Shown here piece after piece: positions 1-8,796 of a stretch of 64,000 nucleotides of DNA (positions are counted from its first letter, which is position 1; the number at the start of each line of letters is the position of its first letter). The notes below the pieces were generated by a model. It had not been told where the DNA came from. It worked only from the letters and a program-made list of their open reading frames with translations, and did no database searches. Both the position numbers and the translations under genes were made by a program. The stretch is from Bythopirellula sp. (GTDB taxonomy: Bacteria; Planctomycetota; Planctomycetia; Pirellulales; Lacipirellulaceae). The stretch is taken from positions 800,001-864,000 of the forward strand of contig OZ244170.1 of NCBI GenBank assembly GCA_965216565.1. The letters run 5' to 3'.

Positions 1-369
1 AAGGAGTATCCGGACCGCACACTTAGCGGCATCGGCGGTGTGGAAACCGGTAACGACGCGGCTCAGTTTATTCTGTTGGGCGCAGATACCGTACAAGTCT
101 GCACGGGCGTGATGAAGTTTGGCTATCGTATGGTGCAAGATATGTGCGAAGAGCTATTGGAGTTCATGGAAAAGCACAAGTTCGAGACGCTCGACGACTT
201 CAAAGGCCATAGCGTGCAGTATTTCACCACGCACTTCGATCTGGTCAAACGCCAGGCTGAAGCACGTGCAGCGAAGAAAGCCGAGCACGACAAGAAGATG
301 ATCCAAGCCGACGACCAATGGAGCGGCGACGACTTCGTCGAACAAAGCGACGCATTGGCTCGGGGTTAG
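1..369 (+). CDS. preA: Dihydropyrimidine dehydrogenase subunit PreA, C-terminal part (5' end outside window)
   Basis: Open from base 1 (KEYPDRTLSGIGGVETGNDAAQFILLGADTVQVCTGVMKFGY), the DHOD/DPD FMN-barrel C-terminal signature; convergent with dihydropyrimidinase. Confidence 0.85.
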   Translation, partial: KEYPDRTLSGIGGVETGNDAAQFILLGADTVQVCTGVMKFGYRMVQDMCEELLEFMEKHKFETLDDFKGHSVQYFTTHFDLVKRQAEARAAKKAEHDKKMIQADDQWSGDDFVEQSDALARG

Positions 370-373
370 GTCT

Positions 374-510
374 TAGTTGAACCACGGAGATAAAAAGACA
401 GGATGACGGGATTAGCTGGATTTACAGGATGAAGCAGTAGACCTGGATCTTTATCTCGTTAATCCTGTCATCCCGTCTAAAATAGCCTTCGTGCCTTTGT
501 GGTTCATCTA
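374..510. repeat. Nested periodic inverted-repeat element (REP/MITE-like), probable bidirectional terminator
   Basis: Outer arms TAGTTGAACCAC.. (374) and ..GTGGTTCATCTA (510); inner arms AGACAGGATGACGGGATTA (396-414) and TAATCCTGTCATCCCGTCT (460-478). Confidence 0.75.
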
Positions 511-516
511 GAACAA

Positions 517-1896
517 CTAAAAGTGCGTCGGTTCGCGGGTTAGGAGTTCGCCGCGACCGAGCGTGCCGACGAATTTTCCGTCGCGTGACTGCACTTCGCC
601 GCGGACGGTCACCACGCTGGGGCGGCCTTTGAGCTCCCAGCCCTCGAACGCGCTGTAGTCGACGTTCATCTGCTGTGTCTCGACAGAAATCTTGCCCCGA
701 TAGTCGGGATCGTAAACAACCAAATCGGCGTCACTGCCGACTTTCACGGCTCCCTTGCGAGGGTAGAGCCCAAACAGCTTGGCCGCCTGAGTGCTGGCAC
801 AATCGACGAAGGTATTGAGGTCGATGTGCCCCTCGCACACGCCATGGGTGTAGAGCAAATTCACGCGATCTTCGACCGAGGGGATGCCATTGGGTATCTT
901 GGTAAAATCATCGCGACCCATCTCTTTTTGATCTTTATAGTCGAAGGGTGCATGATCGGTGCCCACGGTGCTAATGAGCCGCGATCGGAGTCCCGCCCAC
1001 AGAAAGGGCTTGTGTGAGGGCTCGCGAAGCGGCGGGGACATCACGTATTTGGCACCCTCGAAATTAGGCAATTCTGAGTAGCTGCGATCGAGTGTTAGGT
1101 AGGGAATCACCGTCTCGATCCAAGCCTGCACGCCACGCAAGCGGGCGGATTGAACGGCTTCGAGTGCTCCTCGGCAGGAGGTGTGCACGCAGTACACATG
1201 GGCGCCGGTCATTTCCGCGAATGTCATCAGGTGACTTACGCCTTCGGTTTCGACCTGGGGAGGCCGGGATCGCTCGTGCCATTCGGTTCCCGTCTTGCCT
1301 TCGGATATCAGCTTGTTTTGCAAAGCGGTGACTAAGGTTTCGTTCTCGCAATGAGCGGTAACGATGACTCCCAATTTCTTGGCGAGTGACAACGTATCGA
1401 AGAGTTCTTGATCGGTGACTCCGAAGGCACCCTTGTATGCCAGGAAAATTTTGAAGGAAGCGATGCCTTGGTTGACGATTTCGCGCAGTTGCGATTCGGC
1501 CTGTTCATCGTAGCGTGACACGCCCATGTGGAAAGTGAAATCGCAGGCTGACTGCTCTGTCTTGGATTTCCACAATTCGAAGGTTTCCAGCGGCTGTTCT
1601 TCGCGGCTGGGGCAGCACATTTCGATCAGAGTTGTCGTCCCACCAACGAGGGCCGCTCGGCTTGCCGTTTCGTAATTGTCCTTGGCATAGGTCCCCATAA
1701 AGGGCAGATAGATATGCACGTGGGGGTCGATGAAGCCAGGGAACACATATTTCCCTGCAGCGTCGATAACCTCTGCATCGGCTGGAGCATCGATATGGGG
1801 AGCGATGGCCTTGATGGTTTCGCCTTCGCAAAGGACATCAGCCACAAAATCATCGGCGTCGGTAATGACTCTTCCGCCCTTGATCAACAATGCCAT
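517..1896 (-). CDS. hydA: Dihydropyrimidinase (hydantoinase)
   Basis: PGFIDPHVH, GGTTT, SFKIFLAY, HCEN, YVMSPPLR, GTDHAPF and IPNGIP motifs; start moved to MALLIKGG (ATG 1896). Confidence 0.95.
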   Translation of the reverse strand: MALLIKGGRVITDADDFVADVLCEGETIKAIAPHIDAPADAEVIDAAGKYVFPGFIDPHVHIYLPFMGTYAKDNYETASRAALVGGTTTLIEMCCPSREEQPLETFELWKSKTEQSACDFTFHMGVSRYDEQAESQLREIVNQGIASFKIFLAYKGAFGVTDQELFDTLSLAKKLGVIVTAHCENETLVTALQNKLISEGKTGTEWHERSRPPQVETEGVSHLMTFAEMTGAHVYCVHTSCRGALEAVQSARLRGVQAWIETVIPYLTLDRSYSELPNFEGAKYVMSPPLREPSHKPFLWAGLRSRLISTVGTDHAPFDYKDQKEMGRDDFTKIPNGIPSVEDRVNLLYTHGVCEGHIDLNTFVDCASTQAAKLFGLYPRKGAVKVGSDADLVVYDPDYRGKISVETQQMNVDYSAFEGWELKGRPSVVTVRGEVQSRDGKFVGTLGRGELLTREPTHF

Positions 1897-2195
1897 CGAA
1901 TCACTCCAGAAATCGAGTCGGATAGGAACTACAGGCCAGCGGAGAGGGCGGGGGAACGATTTCAACCGCCCTGTTTTCCAGGCACATTTCGATTGTGCCA
2001 ACGGCAGGGTTCCGGTCAAGTCGGTTATACCGAAATTGAGGCGATTCGTCTCGCAGTCTGAATCGTGCTCTTGCTGTGCGTGCTACCTAGTGCAGGCTTG
2101 AAAGCTAAGCTTTGAAGTCGAATGTCTACTTGATTCAGATAGTATTTGCGTAATGGGCGGACCCCGATGGGCCCGAATTCTTTATGAAGGTCTGC

Positions 2196-3632
2196 ATGAA
2201 AACTCGTAACCGCTCGTTTCTGATCGCCTTGCTGGTCATCTGCCAAACCGCCTGTCTGGGTTTTGGTGTGATTTGGGCCACGGGATGGCTGTGGAATAAG
2301 TTCGAAGACGTGGTCTACGACTATGTCGTCGCCGAAGGCCGAGCGGTTGCTCATGGGATCGCGCTCAAGACTTCTACTTTAAAACTAGAAGATGTTGCCC
2401 CTGGAACTAGTGAATGGGAGCAACTGCAAGAAATGTGCGAAACAGAAGCGATCCCGCACAATGGCTTTCTGTGTTTTATGCGTCAGGACAATGGGGCCAT
2501 GTTGTGCCATCCCAAGCTTTGGCAAGATCCGGGCCTGCTGCGTCTGTTTCCAGGACGTGGATTGTTAATAAACGACGCCGGGGCCACGCCGATTGTGGAG
2601 GTCACCCGTGCGGACGATGAATTGCAGAGTGCGGTTACTGGTAAAGTCGATCTGGACGGCGATGTCTACGTGTTTACCGGATTTGCGTTCCCTGATTCGA
2701 ATATCACTCTTGGCGTCTATCAATCAGACATGGCCATTGACTTGTTCATTGCATCGACCATACGACCCGTCATGCAAGTTGGCTATGTGCTGGTAGCATT
2801 TGTTGTCGGGGGGACGTCGATTGTCACGATGTTCCTCATCAATCGTTATGAGAATGGCCTTAAGGAGGTCAACTCCCACCTGGAAACACAAGTACAGGAC
2901 AGGACCAGAGCGCTGCTGAAAACACGCAATGCCGTGACCGTGGGATTGGCTAGGCTCGCTGAGTCGCGCGACAAAGACACAGGGGAACATCTCGAGCGAC
3001 TTCGGTCGTATGTAACCGTGCTTGCCTCGGAATTGGCAAAGACTAATCCGGAGATCGACCACCATTTTGTTGCTGATTTGTCGGTTGCCGCGACTTTGCA
3101 CGACATTGGCAAAGTTGGCATCCCGGACGAAGTCCTGCTGAAGGAAGGTAAGCTAACTCCCACAGAACGACAGGCCATGGAAATGCACACCACTTTGGGA
3201 AGCGAGTGCCTGTCTGTCGTGCGACGCCAATTGGGCGATGATGATTTCTTGGAAATGTCTCAGCAAATTGCTGCGTCACACCACGAACGTTGGGATGGTT
3301 GCGGCTATCCGGAAGGCCTGCGTGGAAAAGAGATCCCCCTTCCGGCACGCCTCGTATCCCTTGCGGACGTTTACGACGCCCTCACTTCAGAGCGACCGTA
3401 CAAAGAGGCTGTTAGTCACGAAGAAGCGAGGGATTGGATTGTGACGCGATACGGAGAGCACTTCGATCCTGCTATCGTAGAAGCCTTCGTCGCTCGCGAA
3501 GCCGACTTCCGTCGGATCTTTGAAGAGAATCAGAAGAAGCTTGCGGCAACGCAAGAAGCCACACAGCCGATGAAAGTAGCCCCTCTAGGGCCAATTGAAG
3601 AACGAGCGATCTGTGATGCCCCGCAAGTGTGA
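2196..3632 (+). CDS. Membrane-anchored HD-GYP domain phosphodiesterase (c-di-GMP turnover) with periplasmic sensor
   Basis: Two TM segments; ESRDKDTGEH, LHDIGK, HHERWDGCGYP, ADVYDALTSERPYK. Confidence 0.9.
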   Translation: MKTRNRSFLIALLVICQTACLGFGVIWATGWLWNKFEDVVYDYVVAEGRAVAHGIALKTSTLKLEDVAPGTSEWEQLQEMCETEAIPHNGFLCFMRQDNGAMLCHPKLWQDPGLLRLFPGRGLLINDAGATPIVEVTRADDELQSAVTGKVDLDGDVYVFTGFAFPDSNITLGVYQSDMAIDLFIASTIRPVMQVGYVLVAFVVGGTSIVTMFLINRYENGLKEVNSHLETQVQDRTRALLKTRNAVTVGLARLAESRDKDTGEHLERLRSYVTVLASELAKTNPEIDHHFVADLSVAATLHDIGKVGIPDEVLLKEGKLTPTERQAMEMHTTLGSECLSVVRRQLGDDDFLEMSQQIAASHHERWDGCGYPEGLRGKEIPLPARLVSLADVYDALTSERPYKEAVSHEEARDWIVTRYGEHFDPAIVEAFVAREADFRRIFEENQKKLAATQEATQPMKVAPLGPIEERAICDAPQV

Positions 3633-3658
3633 GGATCTTTTGCTCTTCACGATTGAGG

Positions 3659-4684
3659 CTATTCCAATTCGTCTGCTAACTCTTCGGCTTCATGCAGCAT
3701 AGAATCGATTTTCTTGCGAGCTGAAACATAGTAGCAGGCACCCACGGCAGCAAACGCATACATCATGGCACGAAATGCGAGCGCGACGATTGTGCCGTCG
3801 CCCTGCGGAGCGCCGATCTTGGTGTAGAAAAACTCTACGGTAGCCTCCAGCGTGCCGATGCCACCCGGCGTAAGTGGTAGAGTTCCCGCCAGCAAACTAG
3901 GGGGCACTATCGAGGCGCACTGAGTGAGCGTGGGTTTGAAGACGGGCAGTCCCTGACTAATCAGCCAAAACGAGAGAATCAGTAAAGAATGGGTTGCCAT
4001 TCCCAGTAGCAATCCCGCAAACACGTATTTGCGACGTTTGTGGTAGGTGGCCGCAGCATCGATTAGACGCGTCAGTGTGTGGCCTACCAGGGGAATGCCA
4101 TCGGCAATGTCTCTGACACGTTTGCCGGTGGCCAGTGGACTCATCGACCAGGCGAACCCAGCCGTCCCCACAGCTAAGGCCGACCAAACTACGAAGCGCA
4201 ACTGTTCGATCAAACCTTTGTCGCTGATCTGCTCATCGACGAACAGCAGTCCTAGCGCTCCGACAATCAGCATGGCGTACAGGCCCACAGCACGGTCAAT
4301 GAGGACTGTCGCGATAGCCTCTGTGCGATTGCCTTCTTGTTCGCGTGCGATGAAAACGGCCTTGAGCAAATCGCCGCCAATACTCCCGGGGGAGATCTGA
4401 TTAAACATGAACCCCAAGGTGCCCAGCCGAAAGGCGTCGCGGAGGTGGAACTTCAAGCCCAAGGCCCAAACAAATAGATACCACCGCACAAAGCTCAACG
4501 AGAAACCAGTCAGAACCATTCCCCAGCCGAGCAAGAGAAATAGCCAATTCTTGGGTTCACTAGCGAGGCGAGAGAACCCATCGCTCGATTGGATGCGTCC
4601 TAGCAGAAAGTAAAGGATGAGCCCGGCTACTGCTATTTTAATGACGGCTATCAGCAGCTTTCGGCGATGCGACTGGTGGGACAT
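3659..4684 (-). CDS. Lysylphosphatidylglycerol synthase TM / flippase-like membrane protein (UPF0104)
   Basis: Multi-TM; FNQISPGSIGGDLLKA, DRAVGL and LPLTPGGIGTLE motifs. Confidence 0.85.
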   Translation of the reverse strand: MSHQSHRRKLLIAVIKIAVAGLILYFLLGRIQSSDGFSRLASEPKNWLFLLLGWGMVLTGFSLSFVRWYLFVWALGLKFHLRDAFRLGTLGFMFNQISPGSIGGDLLKAVFIAREQEGNRTEAIATVLIDRAVGLYAMLIVGALGLLFVDEQISDKGLIEQLRFVVWSALAVGTAGFAWSMSPLATGKRVRDIADGIPLVGHTLTRLIDAAATYHKRRKYVFAGLLLGMATHSLLILSFWLISQGLPVFKPTLTQCASIVPPSLLAGTLPLTPGGIGTLEATVEFFYTKIGAPQGDGTIVALAFRAMMYAFAAVGACYYVSARKKIDSMLHEAEELADELE

Positions 4685-4792
4685 AAGGTAGGCGGGCGGC
4701 GTTGACAATTGGGGCAGAGGGTGATAGTTTGCCAGTTTAACCAGCCGCCGACCACCTCAATAGGCGGCGTGTGGTTAAGACAGATCTATCAC

Positions 4793-4865
4793 GGGGGATT
4801 AGCTCAGTTGGGAGAGCGTTTGGCTGGCAGCCAAAAGGTCAGCGGTTCGAGCCCGCTATCCTCCA
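4793..4865 (+). tRNA. tRNA-Ala(GGC), CCA not encoded
   Basis: GGGGGAT/ATCCTCC acceptor stem with G3:U70, D-arm AGCTCAGTTGGGAGAGC, anticodon arm TTTGG-CTGGCAG-CCAAA, T-loop GGTTCGAGCC, discriminator A. Confidence 0.97.
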
Positions 4866-4886
4866 CTTGCCGATTTAGATCACGAT

Positions 4887-4930
4887 AAAGCCCTTGGTTG
4901 CCTAGCTGGCTCCCGAGGGCTTTTTCATTT
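4887..4930 (+). terminator. Probable intrinsic terminator after tRNA-Ala
   Basis: AAAGCCCTTGG...CCGAGGGCTTTTT stem followed by a T-tract. Confidence 0.65.
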
Positions 4931-5005
4931 TCTCTGCTTCTGCTTCTTTCGGAAAAATTGCGAATGAGAGCTCAGCCTGGGGCACTGGATTGGGGAGACT
5001 AGAAC

Positions 5006-5036
5006 AAAAAAAGGCCGCCCCACAGGGACGGCCTTT
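5006..5036 (-). terminator. Intrinsic terminator of PEP-CTERM gene 5066-5932
   Basis: AAAAAAAGGCCGCCCCACAGGGACGGCCTTT: hairpin with a U-tract on the minus strand. Confidence 0.75.
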
Positions 5037-5065
5037 GTGATGTCTTTTTGAACGCTGAAAACTAC

Positions 5066-5932
5066 TTAGCTTCGTCGTCGGCTTGCAACGCCTGCCAGCA
5101 GGCCCGAGAGCAACAACAGTGCTGTCGTCGGCTCAGGGATGTTTGTGGTGATGGTCACGCCATCGGCATCCTTCTTCTGAATAAAGGAACTGTTGCCGTT
5201 CTCGCTGGTAGCAACCAGAGTGTTATCGATGGCAACATTAACCTTGGTCGCACCAAAGGTGTAAGGAATACCCAAGAGATCAAGCTCAGCATTGATGTCG
5301 ATCATGCCTTCGCCAGACCAGGCCGTATTGAATACAGGTCCGCCACCGCCATCGGTGAGGAGACCGTAGTCACCGTCGGACGGGGTGAAAACCATTGAGG
5401 TCGTGAGATTGATAGCTCCAGGTGCGGGTGCACCGTCAATTTCAATGACGTCAACAAAGATGTTGGCAAAGACAGCCGTGGAGGTAAAGTCGGTTCCAAT
5501 GCCGGCCAATGTCGTATCGCCACGCTCCAGGAACTTGATGTTTTCAATCACGCTCAGTTCTTTGGCTTGCACCATGAAGTTCAGCTGACCATCGGTGATG
5601 TCAGCAGCATGGCCTGTCGTAGCATCGGACTTCGCTTGGAAGCCCATAGGATCGAAATCGATGCTGTCACCGGTTACCGCGGTAGGTGCACCAAACAGCA
5701 TAGCGGCGCCACCATTGGGATCTTCTGTATTGGATTCAGAAACGGCAGTGTACCAGACGGTGTCACCCATCCAGCCGTTCATGCCATTCGGATCGGTATC
5801 TGGGCCAACGTAGTTGATCGTACCAGCCAAAGAAGTGGCAGCCGGTAGCAGCAGAGAAATCACCAACGCAGCGCACATGAATAAAGAGAAGGCGCGCGTA
5901 TGAAAAGCGAATGTCCGTGTTGTCGAAATCAT
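5066..5932 (-). CDS. PEP-CTERM sorting domain surface protein
   Basis: Signal peptide, acidic beta-rich body, C-terminal IPEPTTALLLLSGLLAGVASRRRS. Confidence 0.9.
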   Translation of the reverse strand: MISTTRTFAFHTRAFSLFMCAALVISLLLPAATSLAGTINYVGPDTDPNGMNGWMGDTVWYTAVSESNTEDPNGGAAMLFGAPTAVTGDSIDFDPMGFQAKSDATTGHAADITDGQLNFMVQAKELSVIENIKFLERGDTTLAGIGTDFTSTAVFANIFVDVIEIDGAPAPGAINLTTSMVFTPSDGDYGLLTDGGGGPVFNTAWSGEGMIDINAELDLLGIPYTFGATKVNVAIDNTLVATSENGNSSFIQKKDADGVTITTNIPEPTTALLLLSGLLAGVASRRRS

Positions 5933-6449
5933 TAGTCCGTTTCCTTGCCAGTGATGTCCTGGTCGATCTTGCTTCCTGAATAAATCCGATACGGTATGAA
6001 TCAGTTAATTAGAGCGTCCACGCACCGCCCCGGTAGCGCAGATTTACCTTGCTCTGGCGTTATGATAAGGGGGTTTCCCACACATTGCAATCAAATGGTT
6101 GCAAGAAAAGCGGCTATTCTCGGCTAGGCCTAACACGAGAGCGATATTGTCTATTTTTCGTATTCTACGGCACCGTTAAACACTTGGTTTGAATAGGTTT
6201 ACGCAATGGCAAGACACTCGGGAACCTCTCCCCCACTTTCTATCGGACATGCGCATTCAAATTCACGGTATTGCGCATCGTAGGCAGTTTCCCCCATTCG
6301 CTTAGAAAGCGAGCTGAATCCAGATGCTATTGAGACCTGACGAGATTGAGTAAAACGAACCTGGAAATTGATAATGCACAGGCGAGATGGTATTTTCTGG
6401 CACTTGCGAATCACTTGCTCTTCACTCCTGATTGTTGGTGGAGATAACC

Positions 6450-7133
6450 ATGGCTAAAGAAAAATTCGAGCGTACTAAGCCACATGTCAACGTCGGCACG
6501 AATTCCGCAACGTTGGAAGATACCTCGGGTTCACTAGTTGTTACCGACTCTGCGATACCTACTGGGAACGACTCAGGATCCACGGATGTTGGCGCGTCTG
6601 GTCTTTCTCTAGACGGACCGGCGTCTCCCTCGCCAACTGTTGAATACACGGCTTCAGTAGCCTTTCCAATTGACACCGATTTTGTATTCGATCCAAACAG
6701 CAGTGGCGCCGCTGAATCGATCGACTTTCAGTTTGAAGTGATGTCACTTGGTATTGCTGGGGCAGACGATGTCGAAATTTCTCTGGCTATCTTGCAGGGC
6801 GAAGCGTTTGTCTTCTCGCGAACAGGTGTCTCGCTAGTTATCGATAGTGCGGATACAAAATGGACTCCGTTTCAAGTGACAGACGCACAGGCCACAGAAT
6901 TCAACGCAGTTGATGGAGGGAGTGAGCGCCCCGACTTTAGTCGGCCCTTCCAATTCGGCTACTCGTTGACTAGCGAATACACCAACACCGCATTGGATGT
7001 CGACTTGGCACTGGACAACATGGTTGTGGAGATTACCACCATTCCCGAGCCAACATCTCTGGCGCTCGTGGCAGCAATGGGTGTGTCGCTGCTTTGGGAC
7101 CGTCTGTGGCGAGACGATAAGGGGCCTACATAG
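6450..7133 (+). CDS. PEP-CTERM protein whose N-terminus is the first 17 aa of EF-Tu (chimeric; likely a disrupted gene originally starting at 6374)
   Basis: GGAGATAACC-ATG then MAKEKFERTKPHVNVGT, then an unrelated acidic body ending IPEPTSLALVAAMGVSLLWDRLWR; no signal peptide in this frame. Confidence 0.75.
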   Translation: MAKEKFERTKPHVNVGTNSATLEDTSGSLVVTDSAIPTGNDSGSTDVGASGLSLDGPASPSPTVEYTASVAFPIDTDFVFDPNSSGAAESIDFQFEVMSLGIAGADDVEISLAILQGEAFVFSRTGVSLVIDSADTKWTPFQVTDAQATEFNAVDGGSERPDFSRPFQFGYSLTSEYTNTALDVDLALDNMVVEITTIPEPTSLALVAAMGVSLLWDRLWRDDKGPT

Positions 7134-7150
7134 AACGTCGAAGAAAAGTC

Positions 7151-7651
7151 TTAGCGGCCAGATAGCTTCGTCGGCACAACGGGGTCTTTGCTCGCCACTT
7201 GTGCCGTCCGCTTATTTAGCAGCGGGTAAACACGTTTGGCAAACGCCCTCGGCTCGACATAGCCTTCCATAAAATCGAGGACCTTACCATCGGGTCCAAT
7301 CAGAATCGACGACGGATAGCCTCGAATGCCAAGTTTCTTGACGAGAGCCTGATACTCGTTGGCATGAGCCAAGACGCTCTCGGTATTGCCAACCAGCATC
7401 TTTTCAATTGCCGGATGGCGGTAAGTCTCCTTAATCATCTTCTTGCAATAAACGCAGTTGTCGGAAGTGAACATTACCAGGAGAGGTTTTTTCCGAGCAA
7501 CAGCCAGATTCCAGCCCTGTTCTACATTCTTATGGGCAAATAGTGCTTGAGTCTTGGCCGGAGCTTTGCTGGCAGTTTGGGCATGCGAGCTGCCTGCTCC
7601 TATAGCAATCGTGAGGACCAGTGCCATGCTGGCTAGAAAGACGCGGTACAT
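7151..7651 (-). CDS. Exported thioredoxin-fold protein (SoxW/Thioredoxin_7-like)
   Basis: Signal peptide; KPLLVMFTSDNCVYCKKM; IRGYPS cis-Pro motif. Confidence 0.85.
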   Translation of the reverse strand: MYRVFLASMALVLTIAIGAGSSHAQTASKAPAKTQALFAHKNVEQGWNLAVARKKPLLVMFTSDNCVYCKKMIKETYRHPAIEKMLVGNTESVLAHANEYQALVKKLGIRGYPSSILIGPDGKVLDFMEGYVEPRAFAKRVYPLLNKRTAQVASKDPVVPTKLSGR

Positions 7652-7813
7652 GCAATGGCCTCGAAAATGGGCGGTGTCAGGCTGATGAAGGATGTTGACG
7701 TAGACGGTCTGTCGCCGTCAGTACCCATTATCGTCGGGAGCGGCAAACAAGTAGTGTGAATCAGTCCACAAACTCCGAATTTCGTCGACTAAGCGATAGA
7801 AGTGCAGTTCACA

Positions 7814-8386
7814 TTATCGCGTTTGTGACGAAGTTTTCGAAGAGGCAAGGCTTGTTTGCAGACGTCGCTCCAGAGTTTTTCTGTCAACATAGCCTTCGAT
7901 CACATCCATGATTTTGTTGTTCGGGCCCACAAGCACGGTGGTGGGATACCACTTTACCTTGAGTTTTGCGACCAGTTTGGGATGCTTGTTGCGTGTGACA
8001 TAAAGCGTCTCGAAGGATTTCACAAGCATCTGTTCCATGGCAGGCTGTCGGTAAGATTCTGCCATCATCTTGTCGCAGTGGTGGCAGCCGGACATCGAGA
8101 CGTAGAGCAGAATGGGGCGATTCGATTCCTGCGATGCGGTCCAAGCTTCGGGATACGTCGAATAGCCGAACAAGGATCGTGGCTTGTCGACCACGGTTTT
8201 GCAGGACGTCAGCATCGTGGGGGACTTCGTATGCGCAACTAATTTGCAAGATTTTGCTGCTCCTGCCAGGTGGCGAGTGGAGGTCTTGTCTGCTTCGCAT
8301 TCTCCTCGGGCAGAAGTCTGAATGTAAAGTAAAGTCATCAGTGTTACGGTACCGATGACTACTCTTCTTGAACTCGATATAGCCAT
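7814..8386 (-). CDS. Exported thioredoxin-fold protein, paralog of 7151-7651
   Basis: RPILLYVSMSGCHHCDKM; VKWYPTT; start probably MAISSSRR. Confidence 0.85.
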   Translation of the reverse strand: MAISSSRRVVIGTVTLMTLLYIQTSARGECEADKTSTRHLAGAAKSCKLVAHTKSPTMLTSCKTVVDKPRSLFGYSTYPEAWTASQESNRPILLYVSMSGCHHCDKMMAESYRQPAMEQMLVKSFETLYVTRNKHPKLVAKLKVKWYPTTVLVGPNNKIMDVIEGYVDRKTLERRLQTSLASSKTSSQTR

Positions 8387-8796
8387 ACTCAGTTCGCCTT
8401 TCCTACCAGAGCCGTGCGGTTGCGGTCCCCGCCTCCTGGTAGATATCGGCATCTGCTAGCGTAATTGTTCCCCGGAAGGTCGGTGGGGCTCACGCTTCCC
8501 GAAAAGACCGCAAGCGTGACGATCGGCATCGAGAGCCTTGCCGTCACAATCGGCATAAATGATTAGACGCAGTGCGAAAGAAGACGCACCAACTTCAGAA
8601 TAGCCGGAGGCACACTTGCCTCCGGGATTCGGCGGAAAGAGTGGCGGTTCAACCGTTAGCGAACTGGAATTGGAGTGCTACTCTACATCGCTAATCTACA
8701 TCGCTAAGAGCGTTTTCAGCGTTGGCGTTCCGCTGTAATGTGGTCATTTCGCTGTGTCTTGGCAGACACCGCCAACTAAGAGGCGGACCGAGAAAG

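Noticed and set aside
6432..7133. Calling this ORF tuf/EF-Tu
   Set aside because: Only 17 residues match; there is no GHxDHGKT, DxPGH or NKxD motif, and the remainder is a PEP-CTERM protein.
8682..8707. 13-nt tandem duplication TCTACATCGCTAA x2
   Set aside because: Two copies with no spacer and no other occurrence noticed; likely slippage, not a CRISPR or a supported TSD.
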